A stretch of 64,000 nt of DNA from Tubiluchus corallicola (GCA_030141605.1 JAQGDQ010001035.1:1-64000), one strand, 5' to 3'. Counted from the first letter of the stretch, positions 50,901 through 62,221 are shown. Translations and numbers: made by a program. Notes: a model not told the origin generated them from the letters alone.

Positions 50901-53900
50901 TTCTCATGTTAAAATGTGTTAAAGAATAGGATCTTCATGATCATTTTACCTGGTTGCAGCTCGGTCTTCCTAGAGGAACAATAAAAGCAACTGTTTTAAT
51001 AGAGAACATTCTGGCTTCATTTGAAATGCATGAAATCTTGTATGAACTGCGTGAGCATTCGGCTGGACTTAACTGTGGCATCTGGGACTACTCGGCATCT
51101 TTCGTCAATAAGTTTGGTAAGATTTCAGGTTCAGTTCTAGCTTAAATCATATTGTTTGTAAAAAGAGCTTAATAATGGTAATTCTTGTGAGTTACTGATG
51201 GGTGCTATGTTGTGGAACACCAATATCGTAGAGACTTGTGGTAATTCTTGTGAGTTACTGATGGTTGCTGTGTTGTGGAACACCAACATCGTAGAGACTT
51301 GTGGTAATTCTTGTGAGTTACTGATGGGTGCTATGTTGTGGAACACCAACATCGTAGAGACTTGTGGTAATTCTTGTGAGTTACTGATGTGTGCTATGTT
51401 GTGGAACACCAACATCGTAGAGACTTGTGGTAATTCTTGTGAGTTACTGATGGTTGCTGTGTTGTGGAAGACCAATATCGTAGAGACTTCTGGTAATTCT
51501 TGTGAGTTACTGATGTGTGCTATTTTGTGGAACACCAACATCGTAGAGACTTGTGGTAATTCTTGTGAGTTACTGATGTGTGCTATGTTGTGGAACACCA
51601 ACATCGTAGAGACTTCTGGTAATTCTTGTGAGTTACTGATTGTAACGACCAGCTTAGCATATATCTTTGTATTTGTAACTAGATTTAGTTATTACTAACT
51701 TAACTTCGTTGTAGAACGAGATATGTTTTTCTGGCCAATGTAAACTTTATGGTAGTATACGTAATTTAGTTTGGGCTGTATAAAATTGTTGTTTATAGCT
51801 GTTCAATGTATAAACCAGGTGTTGGACTTTAGTTATGCGCATAGGTCAAATCTAGGGTAAACTCGTCGAACGGATATGCAAATACGGGTTATCCTGCTAT
51901 AGTGTTATTGAAGCCAGACTATTAGACAACCGGCTTTAGAGGTCTTTTCACACAGATGTGTAGAGAACGACGTGGCTCTTGGCAAGAGAGACTTGCGGGC
52001 AGATATAATGCTGGACAGTTTTTTTAACATATGTTTTGCCTCTTTGCATATAAATCGTGCAACTTTAGCTGGCTCTACCTAACGCTAATGTTTAGTGAAA
52101 GTTCCAACTACGTGTTAGTGACTATTTGGGCAGTTCTAGTATCAAGCCCAGTTCACCATTTGTTTACATCGAGTTACATTGTGACATCTGACGCGATAAC
52201 CAAACTACCGGGCTACCAACGCAGAACGCTTCCGGGAATGACTCCCATCTGCTTATGACTTCGCAGTTCAGCTATGCTCTAAACACCCGGGTGTTGCACA
52301 CCGATGTTGTGGATCCGCCACCTTCGTCGTCGTGCTACCGCCGATAAGTATTGCTGACGTATACTTTCATTGATGCAGAGACTGTAAGTGATAAATTCTC
52401 GTTTCTTTTGTTTAACTACTAGGCCACAGCCTGTTGCTTCCTTTTGTACAACGATACTTGCTTCGACTGGCAGTGGCTGGTAAAACTAAGACTCAGTTGG
52501 AAGTGCTGATAGCTTACATTACAACCTCGTGTGGATGAAGCCTTACTTTATAGACTTACTATTAACAAGTATTGGTGAACTATTAGATTATTTTCTTTCG
52601 TTAGCCAAAAGTAATTTTTGAGTATTGTTTGTAGCATCTGAAAGTATTTCCAGCCTGTAAATTTTGAGTTGTGTAGCAACACATGTTTATTGAACTGGTA
52701 CCCGGGTACAAATTAACTGCTGTCATTTGGTTTGAACTAATTTTATATAATCAACATTTATGAATATTAAAGGCTTATCTTATCATAAAAACTGCATAAA
52801 ATTAGTTTCAAGTTTTGTATTCAAGAAATAATTGAGTAAAAACTGAGTAGTATGACACACGCTACCAAACAATAAGAGCGCTGATTGCTCATACTTGATT
52901 GTGAGATCCGCCCCACATTACACTGGTGGCAGCGGTGGGATCAGATCTCAATTACGCCAGTCATTCTATTCATTTAGTTTTGAATAATTGATATGTTATT
53001 TAGGCATTGGTTTAATGCTCATTGTTTCTAGTTATCTAGATGTTTTTCAGCACATTGTAACTGTTTCAAATGGAAGGATACATTGAACTTACCCGCCCCC
53101 AGTTGGAACTACTTAGTCCTGAAGCACTTCGAGGAATAGCTCATAGCCGTAATCTGGTTCATGAAAGACGTAACTGCGAGCAGCTGATTTCATCTATTTT
53201 GCATAGTCAGACCATTAGGAGACCGCCAGCTTTGGATCCTAAAATGATGGAAAGTGGCTCCATCACTGGATATCAGCCTGGTGCCAAATCCGAAGATGGT
53301 GCACATAAATTAGATGAAGTGACACAGTCTTCTCACGTTGAAGAAGAAGACCCTGTTCAACAGCTAGCAGATAAATCACCACCTCCAGAATTGGATATAA
53401 TGGCAGGAGATCCTGACCCTTTGTGTATGGATCCACTACCTAGAGGTAAACGACAACCTGCCCACGTGAATGCAGGCCAATTACCAGATGTGGATTTAAC
53501 CCAGTATGCTGGATTCGATGCAGAACGGCTTGCAATGCTGCTGGAATTTCAACGCGAACGTATGAAACATGAAAGTGAAGAACGTGCTAAGGAACGTCAA
53601 CACACATTGCAGCTGCACAAGATGAGTCTGTCTTTCGAATCTGAGATGGCAGCCACATCGGAATCCAGGCATCCACGTTGTACTACAGCTAATACTCAAG
53701 AGGGAGCTATTGAAGATAGATCTACTCCAAGACATGAGAGTCTAAAGATTAAATACTTTGGAGAAGGGTCACAGGAACCTGATCTAGCTGAATACTTTAG
53801 CTACTTGGAGCGCTGTCTGGTGGTAAACAGGATACCCAAGAAGGATTGGCCATGTGTCCTATCTCGTGCCTTAGCAGGACATACTAAAGCCCTCCGTGCT

Positions 53901-56900
53901 TACAACTGTGTCCCCCAGGGAGACTTGCAGGACTATGACAAGATCAAAGAGTGTGTTCTTTCTTTCTTCTCCTTGACTCCAGATTACTATCGTCAAACCT
54001 TCCGGAAAGTGACACGAGGTGTGGATGAGTGTTACCGTGCATATTTTACTCGAGTTAAAAATGCAGGGGATCTTTGGCTACAAGCAGCTAATGTTCAGAC
54101 ATTGGAACAAGCAAAAGATTTGTTCTATCTGGAGCAAGCTTTAAGTCGTGTTCCCCCACAGATTGCCAGATGGGTCCGACGTAATAACATAACAGGCTTT
54201 GATGATGTTGCTATCAAATGTGACTACTATGCATACTCTGAAGGATTAGATTTAGATAAGCAATCACACTACAGTAGCAGGGGTAAGCCAATGAAGCAGC
54301 ATCGGTCCAGCAAGAATAACAAGCCAGTAGATGAGCCACGTGAGGCTGAGAGCCTCCAGAAGTCAGCAAGATGCTTCAACTGCGGTGGATATGGACATTA
54401 TGCAGCTAGCTGTCCTAGAGCAAAACATCCACCCAAAGCAAATATGCCAATGGCTAGGACGAATGCCATAAGAGGACAGATCCAGTACACTGAACTCTCC
54501 TCCACTGATGGAATCACTTATGGTAAAGATGAACCATATTGTTTTCCAGCTCGAATAAATGGCTATAAGGTTGACGTACAGCGTGACACAGGGGCTAACG
54601 TAAACTGCATACATCGTCGCTATGTCAATGTTGAGCAGCTAGTACCCGGACGAACAGTCGACATATTGTGCGGTCATGGTGATCGACGCCCATGTGAAGT
54701 GGCAAGACTACCAATAGAGAGCCAGGCGGTGACTGGAGAGTTAGAGTTTGTGGTTCAAGACAAACTGCCATCAGATTGTCTTCTAGGAAACAACTATATG
54801 GAAACCTTCATCCCAAAATCCATGGTAGGGAAGAGGCTCCCAAATGATGTTTCACAGAGAGAAGACCATTGCACCAATTCTAGTACCCAGACGTCTAGTT
54901 CTCAGTTGAAGAAACCAAAGACAAGGAAAATCACAAAGAAACCCTCCAATGCTAGGCCTACAATCGCAAATGTAGCTGAGGTGGCAAACAGTGGTGACCA
55001 ATATAGTCAAGATAGAGACATTGATGCTGACGTCAAGACACAAGTTATGACTAGAACCCAAGTAAAGAAACTGCAGGAAGAAGACCAACATGAAGTAGCC
55101 CCAGAAGATGAGCTGAATAGCGTGCTAGACGAAAAGCCATTTTGTGCCGGCGAGGACCGTGACAAACTCAGACAGCAGCAACAAGGGTGCGTAACGCTGA
55201 AGCCACTGTTCGACAGTGTAATTCCAGAAGAGGAAGCTGTACAGTTAGGCAAAGGTTACTACATAAAAGATGGTCTACTTCTGCTTTTCCTGAGACGAGC
55301 CAAAGACAAGGAAGGGAAAAGCTTGATAGTCCTGCCAAAAGAGAGGAGAGCTGAAGTACTGAAAATGGCTCACGACAATAAACTGGCAGCACATTTTGGA
55401 ATACAAAAGACAACACAGAAGGTGCTGAGCATGTTCTTTTGGCCACAAGTGCATAGCGACATAAGAGCTTACGTACGTAGTTGCCCAATATGCCAGAAAT
55501 GTTCGAAGAGAAGGACTGCAGACCGAGTCAAACTGCGACCAATCTCTGTGGATCAACTACCCTTCCAGAAAGTGTCAATGGATTATATAGGGCCACTTGC
55601 ACGTACGAAAAGTGGTAATAAGTATGCACTAGTGATAACTGACTATTGCACCAGATACCCGGAAGTTTATCCAACAAAGTCACAGATGGCTGAGTGCACC
55701 GTAAAGGCCCTACTATGTTACATAGCAACATATGGTGTACCAATGGAGATTGTAACCGATCAAGGTCCGGCTTTTGTTTCACAAGTCCTACAGGATCTGG
55801 AGGCTGTGCTAGGTACACGAGGTATATTGGCTACTCCATATCATCCCCAGACATCTGGCCTGACTGAGAGGTACAATCAAACTTTGAAGACATCAATTCG
55901 AAAGCTCCAGATGAGTGCAGGATCCTGGGAGTGGGACGAACTTATTCCGTTAGTACTTTTTGCATACCGGGATTGTCCCCAAAGTTCTACCTTATACTCA
56001 CCATTCGAGATGGTGTACGGGTTTCCGATCAGAGGCCCGTTAGCTATGTTACGTGAGAGATTTGACTTACAGAGACCCAAGCAGCTGACAGATGTCCACA
56101 CTTTTGTGCAAGAGCTCATGGATCGGATGGAGCAGGTGACCAATGAAGCTCACGAGTCACTGCGTGAAGCACAACTCGCTCAAAAGAAGTGGTACGATCA
56201 GAAAGCACGGGAAAGATCTTTAGAAGTAGGCAGTAAAGTCTTGGTTTTGTTGCCAAAGAGTACAAAGAAGCTGCAACGTGTATGGAAAGGACCATACCAA
56301 GTGTTGGAAAAGGTGTCTGACCAAGTCTATAAAATTGCTTTTCGTGGTAAGAAGCATCGGCAGAAATGCTTCCACATAAACCTGCTACGCCCTTGGGTAG
56401 AGCGCACTGAAGGTCATGTGATGCTGTCTATAGCCACTCCGGGAAAAGGCAATGAGACGTATCAGGAAGGCGAGGTACAGGAGCATATGTTTCCACCAGT
56501 TACACAACAAACCCAAAGTGTGGATGATATTAGCATACCCGACCACCTCTCCAAGACTCAGAAGCAGCAGCTGATGCACATACTTCGTAAACATGCTGAT
56601 GTGTTTTCAGATGTGCCGGGTTGCACAGATCTGATACAGCACGAGATTTTTGTTCCTAAAGACTATAAGCCTATTCGTCAAGCTCCATATCGTGTGCCAA
56701 AAGCACAAGAAGAAGCACTTCGGAGAGAAGTCGATGAGATGATTAAGCTGGGTATAATCCAGAAGTCAGACTCCAGTACAACAAGTCCAGTTGTAGTTGT
56801 TCCCAAAAAGGATGGGACTATCCGATGTTGTGTTAACTACATCAAGCTCAATGAAGTCACAACCTTTGACCCATACCCAATCCCAAACATGCAGGAACTG

Positions 56901-59900
56901 CTCAGCAATATGCATGGAGCCAAGTATATGACGAAGTTGGATTTAACCAAAGGGTATTGGCAAATACCATTGCATCCAGATTCACGCAAGCTATCGTCAT
57001 TCGTTCTACCTTGGGGACAGTGGGAGTTTCTCGTGATGCCTTTTGGCTTGGTTAATGCGGCCGCAACCTGCCAAAAACTCATGGATAGACTCCTGGAAGG
57101 ATCTCCTCATTTTGCGAGAGGCTACATAGATGACACAGTCGTTTGGAGCCCAGATTGGTCACAACATTTAGAGCATGTTGATGATATACTTTCGCGGGTA
57201 TATAGGGCCAAGCTTACCATCAAGCCAAAGAAGTGTGCATTCGCTTTGAGCAAAGTCGATTTTTTAGGGCATGTGGTTGGACAAGACGTTCTGCGACCAC
57301 AACCAGATAAACTGGAGCTTATTAAACATTTTCCTCGACCCAAGACAAAAAAAGAAGTTCGAAGTTTCCTCGGCTTTATTGGCTTCTATCGTTCCTTTGT
57401 TCCAGGCTTTAGTAGCATAGCCACTCCGCTGTACGAACTTACAAAGAAGCATAGGCCCAACGATGTTGTGTGAATCTGCATTCATTCAGCTCCGGGAGGC
57501 AGTTACCTCAGATACCTTTCTAGGAGCACCAGATTTCAGCAAAGAATTCCTCTTGACTGTAGATGCATCAACCACAGGCCTTGGAGGCATTCTGTCCCAA
57601 AAGACAGATGAAGGGAATGAGCGGGCCATAACTTATATCAGCCGGAAATTAACTAAACCAGAGTCAAACTATGCAGTGGTGGAACTGGAACTCCTTGCAA
57701 TAGTCTGGGCAGTGCAAAAACTGAGTTACTATCTTTTGGGAAGGCAGTTCGTCATCCGTTCAGACCATCAGTGCCTCACTCGGTTGCAAAGGATGAAAGG
57801 GAAGAACCGTAAGCTGGCCCGTTGGTCATTAATCCTACAGGAATACACATTCCGGATTGAGTATATCAAGGGAAAGGCCAACATCGCAGACGGTCTATCA
57901 CGCAACTGGGAAGCTGATAAGCCTGACACTGCCGCGTAACCATACCCAAGAACCAAAGATAATGCAGGCGCTGATCGAAATGGAATAGCCTATGATTCCA
58001 TGAGAATAATAGTCTTCAAATTAGGGGGCTGTGTAACGACCAGCTTAGCATATATCTTTGTATTTGTAACTAGATTTAGTTATTACTAACTTAACTTCGT
58101 TGTAGAATGAGATATGTTTTTCTGGCCAACGTAAACTTTACAGTAGTATACGTAATTTAGTTTGGGCTGTATAAAATTGTTGTTTATAGCTGTTCAATGT
58201 ATAAACCAGGTGTTACACTTAGGTTATGCGCATAGGTCAAATCTAGGGTAAACTCGTCGAACGGATATGCAAATAGAGGTTATCCTGCTATAGTGTTATG
58301 GAAGCCAGACTATTAGACAACCGGCTTTGGAGATCTTTTCACAGAGATGTGTAGAGAACGACGTGGCTCTTGGCAAGAGAGACTTGCGGGCAGATATAAT
58401 GCTGGACAGTTTTTTTTAACATATGTTTTGCCTCTTTGCATATAAATCGTGCAACTTTAGCTGGCTCTATCTAACGCTAATGTTTAGTGAAAGTTCCAAC
58501 TACGTGTTAGTGACTATTTGGGCAGTTCTAGTATTAAGCCCAGTTCACCATTTGTTTACGTCGAGTTACATTGTGACATCTGACGCGATAACCAAACTAC
58601 CGGGCTACCAACGCAGAACGCTTCCGGGAATGACTCCCATCTGCTTATGACTTCGCAGTTCAGCTATGCTCTAAACACCCGGGTGTTGCACACCGATGTT
58701 GTGGATCCGCCACCTTCGTCGTCGTGCTACCGCCGATAAGTATTGCTGACGTATACTTTCATTGATGCAGAGACTGTAAGTGATAAATTCTCGTTTCTTT
58801 TGTTTAACTACTAGGCCACAGCCTGTTGCTTCCTTTTGTACAACGATACTTGCTTCGACTGGCAGTGGCTGGTAAAACTAAGACGCAGTTGAAAAGTGCT
58901 GATAGCTTACATATAAACCTCGTGTGGATGGAGCTTTACTTTATGGACATACTATTAACAAACATTGGTGAACTATTAGATTATTTTCTTTCGTTAGCCA
59001 AAAGTAATTTTTGAGTATTGTTTGTAGCATCTGAAAGTATTTCCAGCCTGTAAATTTTGAGTTGTGTAGCAACACATGTTTATTGAACTGGTACCCGGGT
59101 ACAAATTAACTGCTGTCATTTGGTTTGAACTAATTTTATATTATCAACATTTATGAATATTAAAGGCTTATCTTATCATAAAAACTGCATAAAATTAGTT
59201 TCACGTTTTGTATTCAAGAAATAATTGAGTAAAAACTGAGTAGTATGACACACGCTACCAAACAATAAGAGCGCTGATTGCTCATACTTGATTGTGAGAT
59301 CCGCCCCACATTACACTGATGTGTGCTATGTTGTGGAAGACCAACATCGTAGAGACTTCTGGTAATTCTTGTGAGTTACTGATGGTTGCTATGTTGTGGA
59401 ACACCAACATCGTAGAGACTTGTGGTAATTCTTGTGAGTTACTGATGGGTGCTATGTTGTGGAAGACCAACATCGTAGAGACTTGTGGTAATTCTTGTGA
59501 GTTACTGATGGTTGCTGTGTTGTGGAACACCAACATCGTAGAGACTTCTAGGGCCTTTCACATTTTCTTTTAATTTACCACCAGTTTTCCTTCCTACAAC
59601 CCTGAGATTTTGAAAAACATTGTCAGATACTGTTTGCAAAGTTTTGAAATGGATTTTAAAAGTTGCCATTCTGCCTTTTTAATAAGACAATCATTGCTTT
59701 CACATGTCTAGTAGTGATAGCACAACACTTCTTTGAAAAAAGTGAAAGTGAGCTTTCTTACTTAAAGATGATATGCTGAAACTGCATTAGAAAATCCACA
59801 TAAAATCGCTGCTTCTGCAGTCGCAAGGATATTTGTCCTGTCCAGAGACGTGTTTGTTTTAAATACTTTACGAATATTTCCCTGAGTTGAGATGTAAAGT

Positions 59901-62221
59901 CGGGTCTTCACGCGACAGAACCAATGCGAGGTGCAACTTAGATGAAGATGAATCTGTCTAAAGTTCCAGTAAAATTGTAATGTAAAATTGTAACTTGTAA
60001 TGTCAGTTAAGAATAGTTCACTTTTGTAAGAAAAACATAACCTTTTGCAGTCAATTCAATTTTAATTTATTTATTTCTTTATAGTGCTACAATAAAACAT
60101 GATTAATAAAAGAATCTCTAATAAGTTTTGAAGAAATGTATAGATATGTCTAGAACTAGAGAAAGGATAGCAAAAAGACTATATAGTCACCTAGTCTGCT
60201 ATCCTTTATTAGTCACCAATATAATTCTATCAATTTAAATGCAGTGCTATTCTACCACATTTCCATACATGCCACCACAATGTTTTGGTTAAATCAAAAA
60301 TCTATTCATTTGTGATTGTTTAATCATTTTACATTTACCCATTTTATTTGGATTATTTATTTCATTTTGCCGCTACAAACTTCTGACATGTGTCTTCTCC
60401 GGTTATAGCTGTTTATATTTTTGGATATCTGTCTCTTTCGGTCGTTTATCACTTGTAATATTGTTGGCATCCTTCTGTCTCGGAAGACAATGGAATGTGC
60501 GCCTAGAGAGTCAGTTATTGATCACATTGATGGAGCTGCAGCGTCGACTGTGGCTGAGCAGTGCGATCCTTGAACCACTGGAGTGGCCTCTCCAGGGTGC
60601 ACGCCTGGGCAAGGTGTATGGAGATCCTGAGTTGCTCAGACAACAGGAACCCCCTCTCTTCCTTCCTGGTGTATAGTCGGATCTCGGTGCCAAAAGAAAA
60701 CGGTGCGATACATTTGGCACCAGGTTGGCTGCAGGAGCTGCCGGAGTCAGTGAGCATGCTGTACTGGTCCGCCTTTGGGGCTCCACTCCTGATTTGGAAG
60801 GTTTACTCCTCTACACATGGCCGTTGGGTTGCTTGACCTCCTCCGCCCTCTAGCTGTTAGCTGCTTGTGCAGCTCCTCCGCCTAGTGTCGAGATACAGTG
60901 TGGACATCCCGCAAGCCTACAGCACCTGGTATTCCTAGGAGGTCACCCATCCAGTTACTAACCAGGCTCTTCGTTGCTTAACTTCGGTGATCAGACGAGA
61001 ACCGGTGTTTTCAACGTGAATTGGCCGTAGTTTGTAATATAGTAAGTGCATATAAGTAAGAAGCATTCATACTTTTTTATAGGAACACGAAAGGAGTTTG
61101 TTTTGCCTGACAGAAGTAAATACGTCAACATGGAAAAACATTTTCTGAAGTCCTACATGGATTTAGTAATAAATACGTGTCATGGCCGTCGGACTTTGGC
61201 AACGGGTGGCATGTCGCCCTTCCTTCTGCCAAATAAGGATTGCAGCAGTCCTGAGTGAGTTGTTTCTTAAAATTATTGGAATTGAAGTTCAGATGAAAGC
61301 AGCTGATAGCTCTGAAAAGTTTTTAACCTCTTTTTTTTATTATTTATTCCCAAAAATGTCAATTGATCAACAAGTGAGCAGCAACATTTTATAGTCACTT
61401 TGAGTTACCAAAACTTACTACTGTTTGACATTATAGTTCTTCGAATGTATTGGATTTAGACGTTTCGCCAAAGAATTTTAATTCAGTTTTAAGGTTTTTT
61501 TTGCTAAATTGCGAGTGGTTTTGATTTCTTCCTTTTAATGTAGCTGTAAGTAATGCAGGTTATATGCAGAATTTCAAAAGCACATTATTAAATCACAAAA
61601 CAACATTGTATTTCTAAATCCTAGTTTCCTGCTAATAATAATACATAAAGTTCTTTTTTATACACCTCGCATACAAAACCAGAATAGAACATTCAACAGC
61701 AAGGTCTAGTCAACACCAGATGTTTGTGACCGGAACTGGACTAACTGTTGAAGGTAATACTCTAAATGATCCACTGAACCAACAGAGGTTTCTAAGCCAT
61801 GTTTGGGTTATATACATCATGAATCAGTCTGATGCATGAACTCAGGTTGTCAAGATTCGTTCACATGAAGTATACATGCAAAATCTCTCTACTATAAACC
61901 TGCCGCAAAAGTCATTTGACTTGTAACTATGGTCTAAGTTATTGTTTTTTTACTTTTATTTTTACTACTAGGAGATACATTTCAGTTAATTGTGTGGTAA
62001 AGAAATGGTACAATGTTTGTGTAATAAATTTATCCGTCATAAATAAAAATATGCTGTTAAAAAAAGCACATTTCAAAACGATAATTTGAATAAATATTTA
62101 ATAATTTTACAGGCACCATGCGGCTATTCGTAAAGTGCGTGCGGACAAACTGAGAGAGATCCGTGCGGGGGTGGACGGATTCATGGTGTTCGATCTGGGA
62201 TTAGTTGAACCAATGCAAGAG
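41987..62221 (+). CDS. Malate synthase (MS-A / metazoan MLS-like), 3' incomplete. Exons 41987-42118, 42780-42995, 44021-44111, 46615-46691, 47946-48056, 48809-48868, 50960-51116, 61083-61254, 62113-62221
   Basis: GT-AG exons with consistent phases and no stops: [146 protein letters not shown]. Confidence 0.93.
42452..42607 (+). mobile_element. Truncated copy of the hAT-type MITE at 44969-45350
   Basis: Shared TAGGGGGTGAGCATCGAA...ATTAGCAC sequence. Confidence 0.7.
44341..44681. repeat. ~120-bp tandem triplication
   Basis: GTACTCCATTATTTTATTCGTATCTATGGC... starts at 44341, 44461 and 44581. Confidence 0.92.
44969..45350. mobile_element. hAT-type MITE rich in TTCGAA motifs
   Basis: Ends TAGGGGGTGAGCAT ... 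ATGCTCGTCTCTA; 8-bp TSD GCCTTAAC / GCCTTGAC. Confidence 0.75.
45606..47421. repeat. Pair of ~420-bp direct repeats (~45606-46024 and ~47003-47421) flanking malate synthase exon 4
   Basis: Both run from AGCATTAAAATGGCACAAATTG to TTATACATTGCCT with scattered substitutions. Confidence 0.9.
49308..50500. mobile_element. hAT-type MITE carrying an internal 31-bp satellite
   Basis: 8-bp TSD CTTCCACA (49300-49307, 50501-50508); imperfect TIR TACTGACGGGA / TCCCATCACTA. Confidence 0.75.
49375..50172. repeat. 31-bp CpG-rich satellite, ~25 copies
   Basis: Unit TTACGATACGATTTCGATAAACGATAAGGAT. Confidence 0.95.
51177..51640. repeat. 63-bp minisatellite, left part (~7 copies)
   Basis: Unit GGTAATTCTTGTGAGTTACTGATGGGTGCTATGTTGTGGAACACCAACATCGTAGAGACTTGT. 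Confidence 0.95.
51641..52922 (+). repeat. 5' LTR (~1.28 kb)
   Basis: Direct repeat of 58032-59315; TG...CA termini. Confidence 0.97.
52924..52941 (+). promoter_or_regulatory. Primer-binding site complementary to the tRNA-Leu 3' end
   Basis: TGGTGGCAGCGGTGGGAT one base after the 5' LTR; complementary to ...ATCCCACCGCTGCCA-CCA of metazoan tRNA-Leu. Confidence 0.85.
53070..57473 (+). CDS. Gag-Pol polyprotein: gag with CCHC knuckle, protease, integrase, reverse transcriptase (frameshifted before RNase H)
   Basis: [14 protein letters not shown]; RDTGAN; HHCC (AHDNKLAAH...CPIC); D-D-E ([18 protein letters not shown]); WKGPY; then [21 protein letters not shown]. Confidence 0.96.
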   Translation: MEGYIELTRPQLELLSPEALRGIAHSRNLVHERRNCEQLISSILHSQTIRRPPALDPKMMESGSITGYQPGAKSEDGAHKLDEVTQSSHVEEEDPVQQLADKSPPPELDIMAGDPDPLCMDPLPRGKRQPAHVNAGQLPDVDLTQYAGFDAERLAMLLEFQRERMKHESEERAKERQHTLQLHKMSLSFESEMAATSESRHPRCTTANTQEGAIEDRSTPRHESLKIKYFGEGSQEPDLAEYFSYLERCLVVNRIPKKDWPCVLSRALAGHTKALRAYNCVPQGDLQDYDKIKECVLSFFSLTPDYYRQTFRKVTRGVDECYRAYFTRVKNAGDLWLQAANVQTLEQAKDLFYLEQALSRVPPQIARWVRRNNITGFDDVAIKCDYYAYSEGLDLDKQSHYSSRGKPMKQHRSSKNNKPVDEPREAESLQKSARCFNCGGYGHYAASCPRAKHPPKANMPMARTNAIRGQIQYTELSSTDGITYGKDEPYCFPARINGYKVDVQRDTGANVNCIHRRYVNVEQLVPGRTVDILCGHGDRRPCEVARLPIESQAVTGELEFVVQDKLPSDCLLGNNYMETFIPKSMVGKRLPNDVSQREDHCTNSSTQTSSSQLKKPKTRKITKKPSNARPTIANVAEVANSGDQYSQDRDIDADVKTQVMTRTQVKKLQEEDQHEVAPEDELNSVLDEKPFCAGEDRDKLRQQQQGCVTLKPLFDSVIPEEEAVQLGKGYYIKDGLLLLFLRRAKDKEGKSLIVLPKERRAEVLKMAHDNKLAAHFGIQKTTQKVLSMFFWPQVHSDIRAYVRSCPICQKCSKRRTADRVKLRPISVDQLPFQKVSMDYIGPLARTKSGNKYALVITDYCTRYPEVYPTKSQMAECTVKALLCYIATYGVPMEIVTDQGPAFVSQVLQDLEAVLGTRGILATPYHPQTSGLTERYNQTLKTSIRKLQMSAGSWEWDELIPLVLFAYRDCPQSSTLYSPFEMVYGFPIRGPLAMLRERFDLQRPKQLTDVHTFVQELMDRMEQVTNEAHESLREAQLAQKKWYDQKARERSLEVGSKVLVLLPKSTKKLQRVWKGPYQVLEKVSDQVYKIAFRGKKHRQKCFHINLLRPWVERTEGHVMLSIATPGKGNETYQEGEVQEHMFPPVTQQTQSVDDISIPDHLSKTQKQQLMHILRKHADVFSDVPGCTDLIQHEIFVPKDYKPIRQAPYRVPKAQEEALRREVDEMIKLGIIQKSDSSTTSPVVVVPKKDGTIRCCVNYIKLNEVTTFDPYPIPNMQELLSNMHGAKYMTKLDLTKGYWQIPLHPDSRKLSSFVLPWGQWEFLVMPFGLVNAAATCQKLMDRLLEGSPHFARGYIDDTVVWSPDWSQHLEHVDDILSRVYRAKLTIKPKKCAFALSKVDFLGHVVGQDVLRPQPDKLELIKHFPRPKTKKEVRSFLGFIGFYRSFVPGFSSIATPLYELTKKHRPNDVV
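57463..57939 (+). CDS. RNase H domain of the same pol, out of frame after a small deletion
   Basis: [48 protein letters not shown]. Confidence 0.9.
   Translation: MLCESAFIQLREAVTSDTFLGAPDFSKEFLLTVDASTTGLGGILSQKTDEGNERAITYISRKLTKPESNYAVVELELLAIVWAVQKLSYYLLGRQFVIRSDHQCLTRLQRMKGKNRKLARWSLILQEYTFRIEYIKGKANIADGLSRNWEADKPDTAA
58032..59315 (+). repeat. 3' LTR
   Basis: Direct repeat of the 5' LTR followed by TSD CTGAT. Confidence 0.97.
59316..59549. repeat. 63-bp minisatellite, right part (~4 copies)
   Basis: Array resumes in register after the TSD. Confidence 0.95.
60462..61031 (-). mobile_element. 5S-rRNA-derived SINE, full length
   Basis: Complete 5S head, body and CAA tail; TSD TTGTAATAT (60453-60461, 61032-61040); two short internal insertions relative to other copies. 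Confidence 0.92.

Larger units (their letters stand above)
51641..59315 (+). mobile_element. Full-length Ty3/gypsy LTR retrotransposon, Gmr1-type domain order
   Basis: LTRs 51641-52922 and 58032-59315 (TGTAA...TTACA), 5-bp TSD CTGAT, PBS, short purine tract AGGGGG before the 3' LTR, gag-pol ORF. Confidence 0.97.

Noticed and set aside
51137-51698. 21-aa repeat proteins ([21 protein letters not shown])n
   Set aside because: Translation of the 63-bp intronic minisatellite, which is split by the LTR element.
53496-57956. Antisense ORFs within the retrotransposon
   Set aside because: Short shadow frames of gag-pol without motifs.
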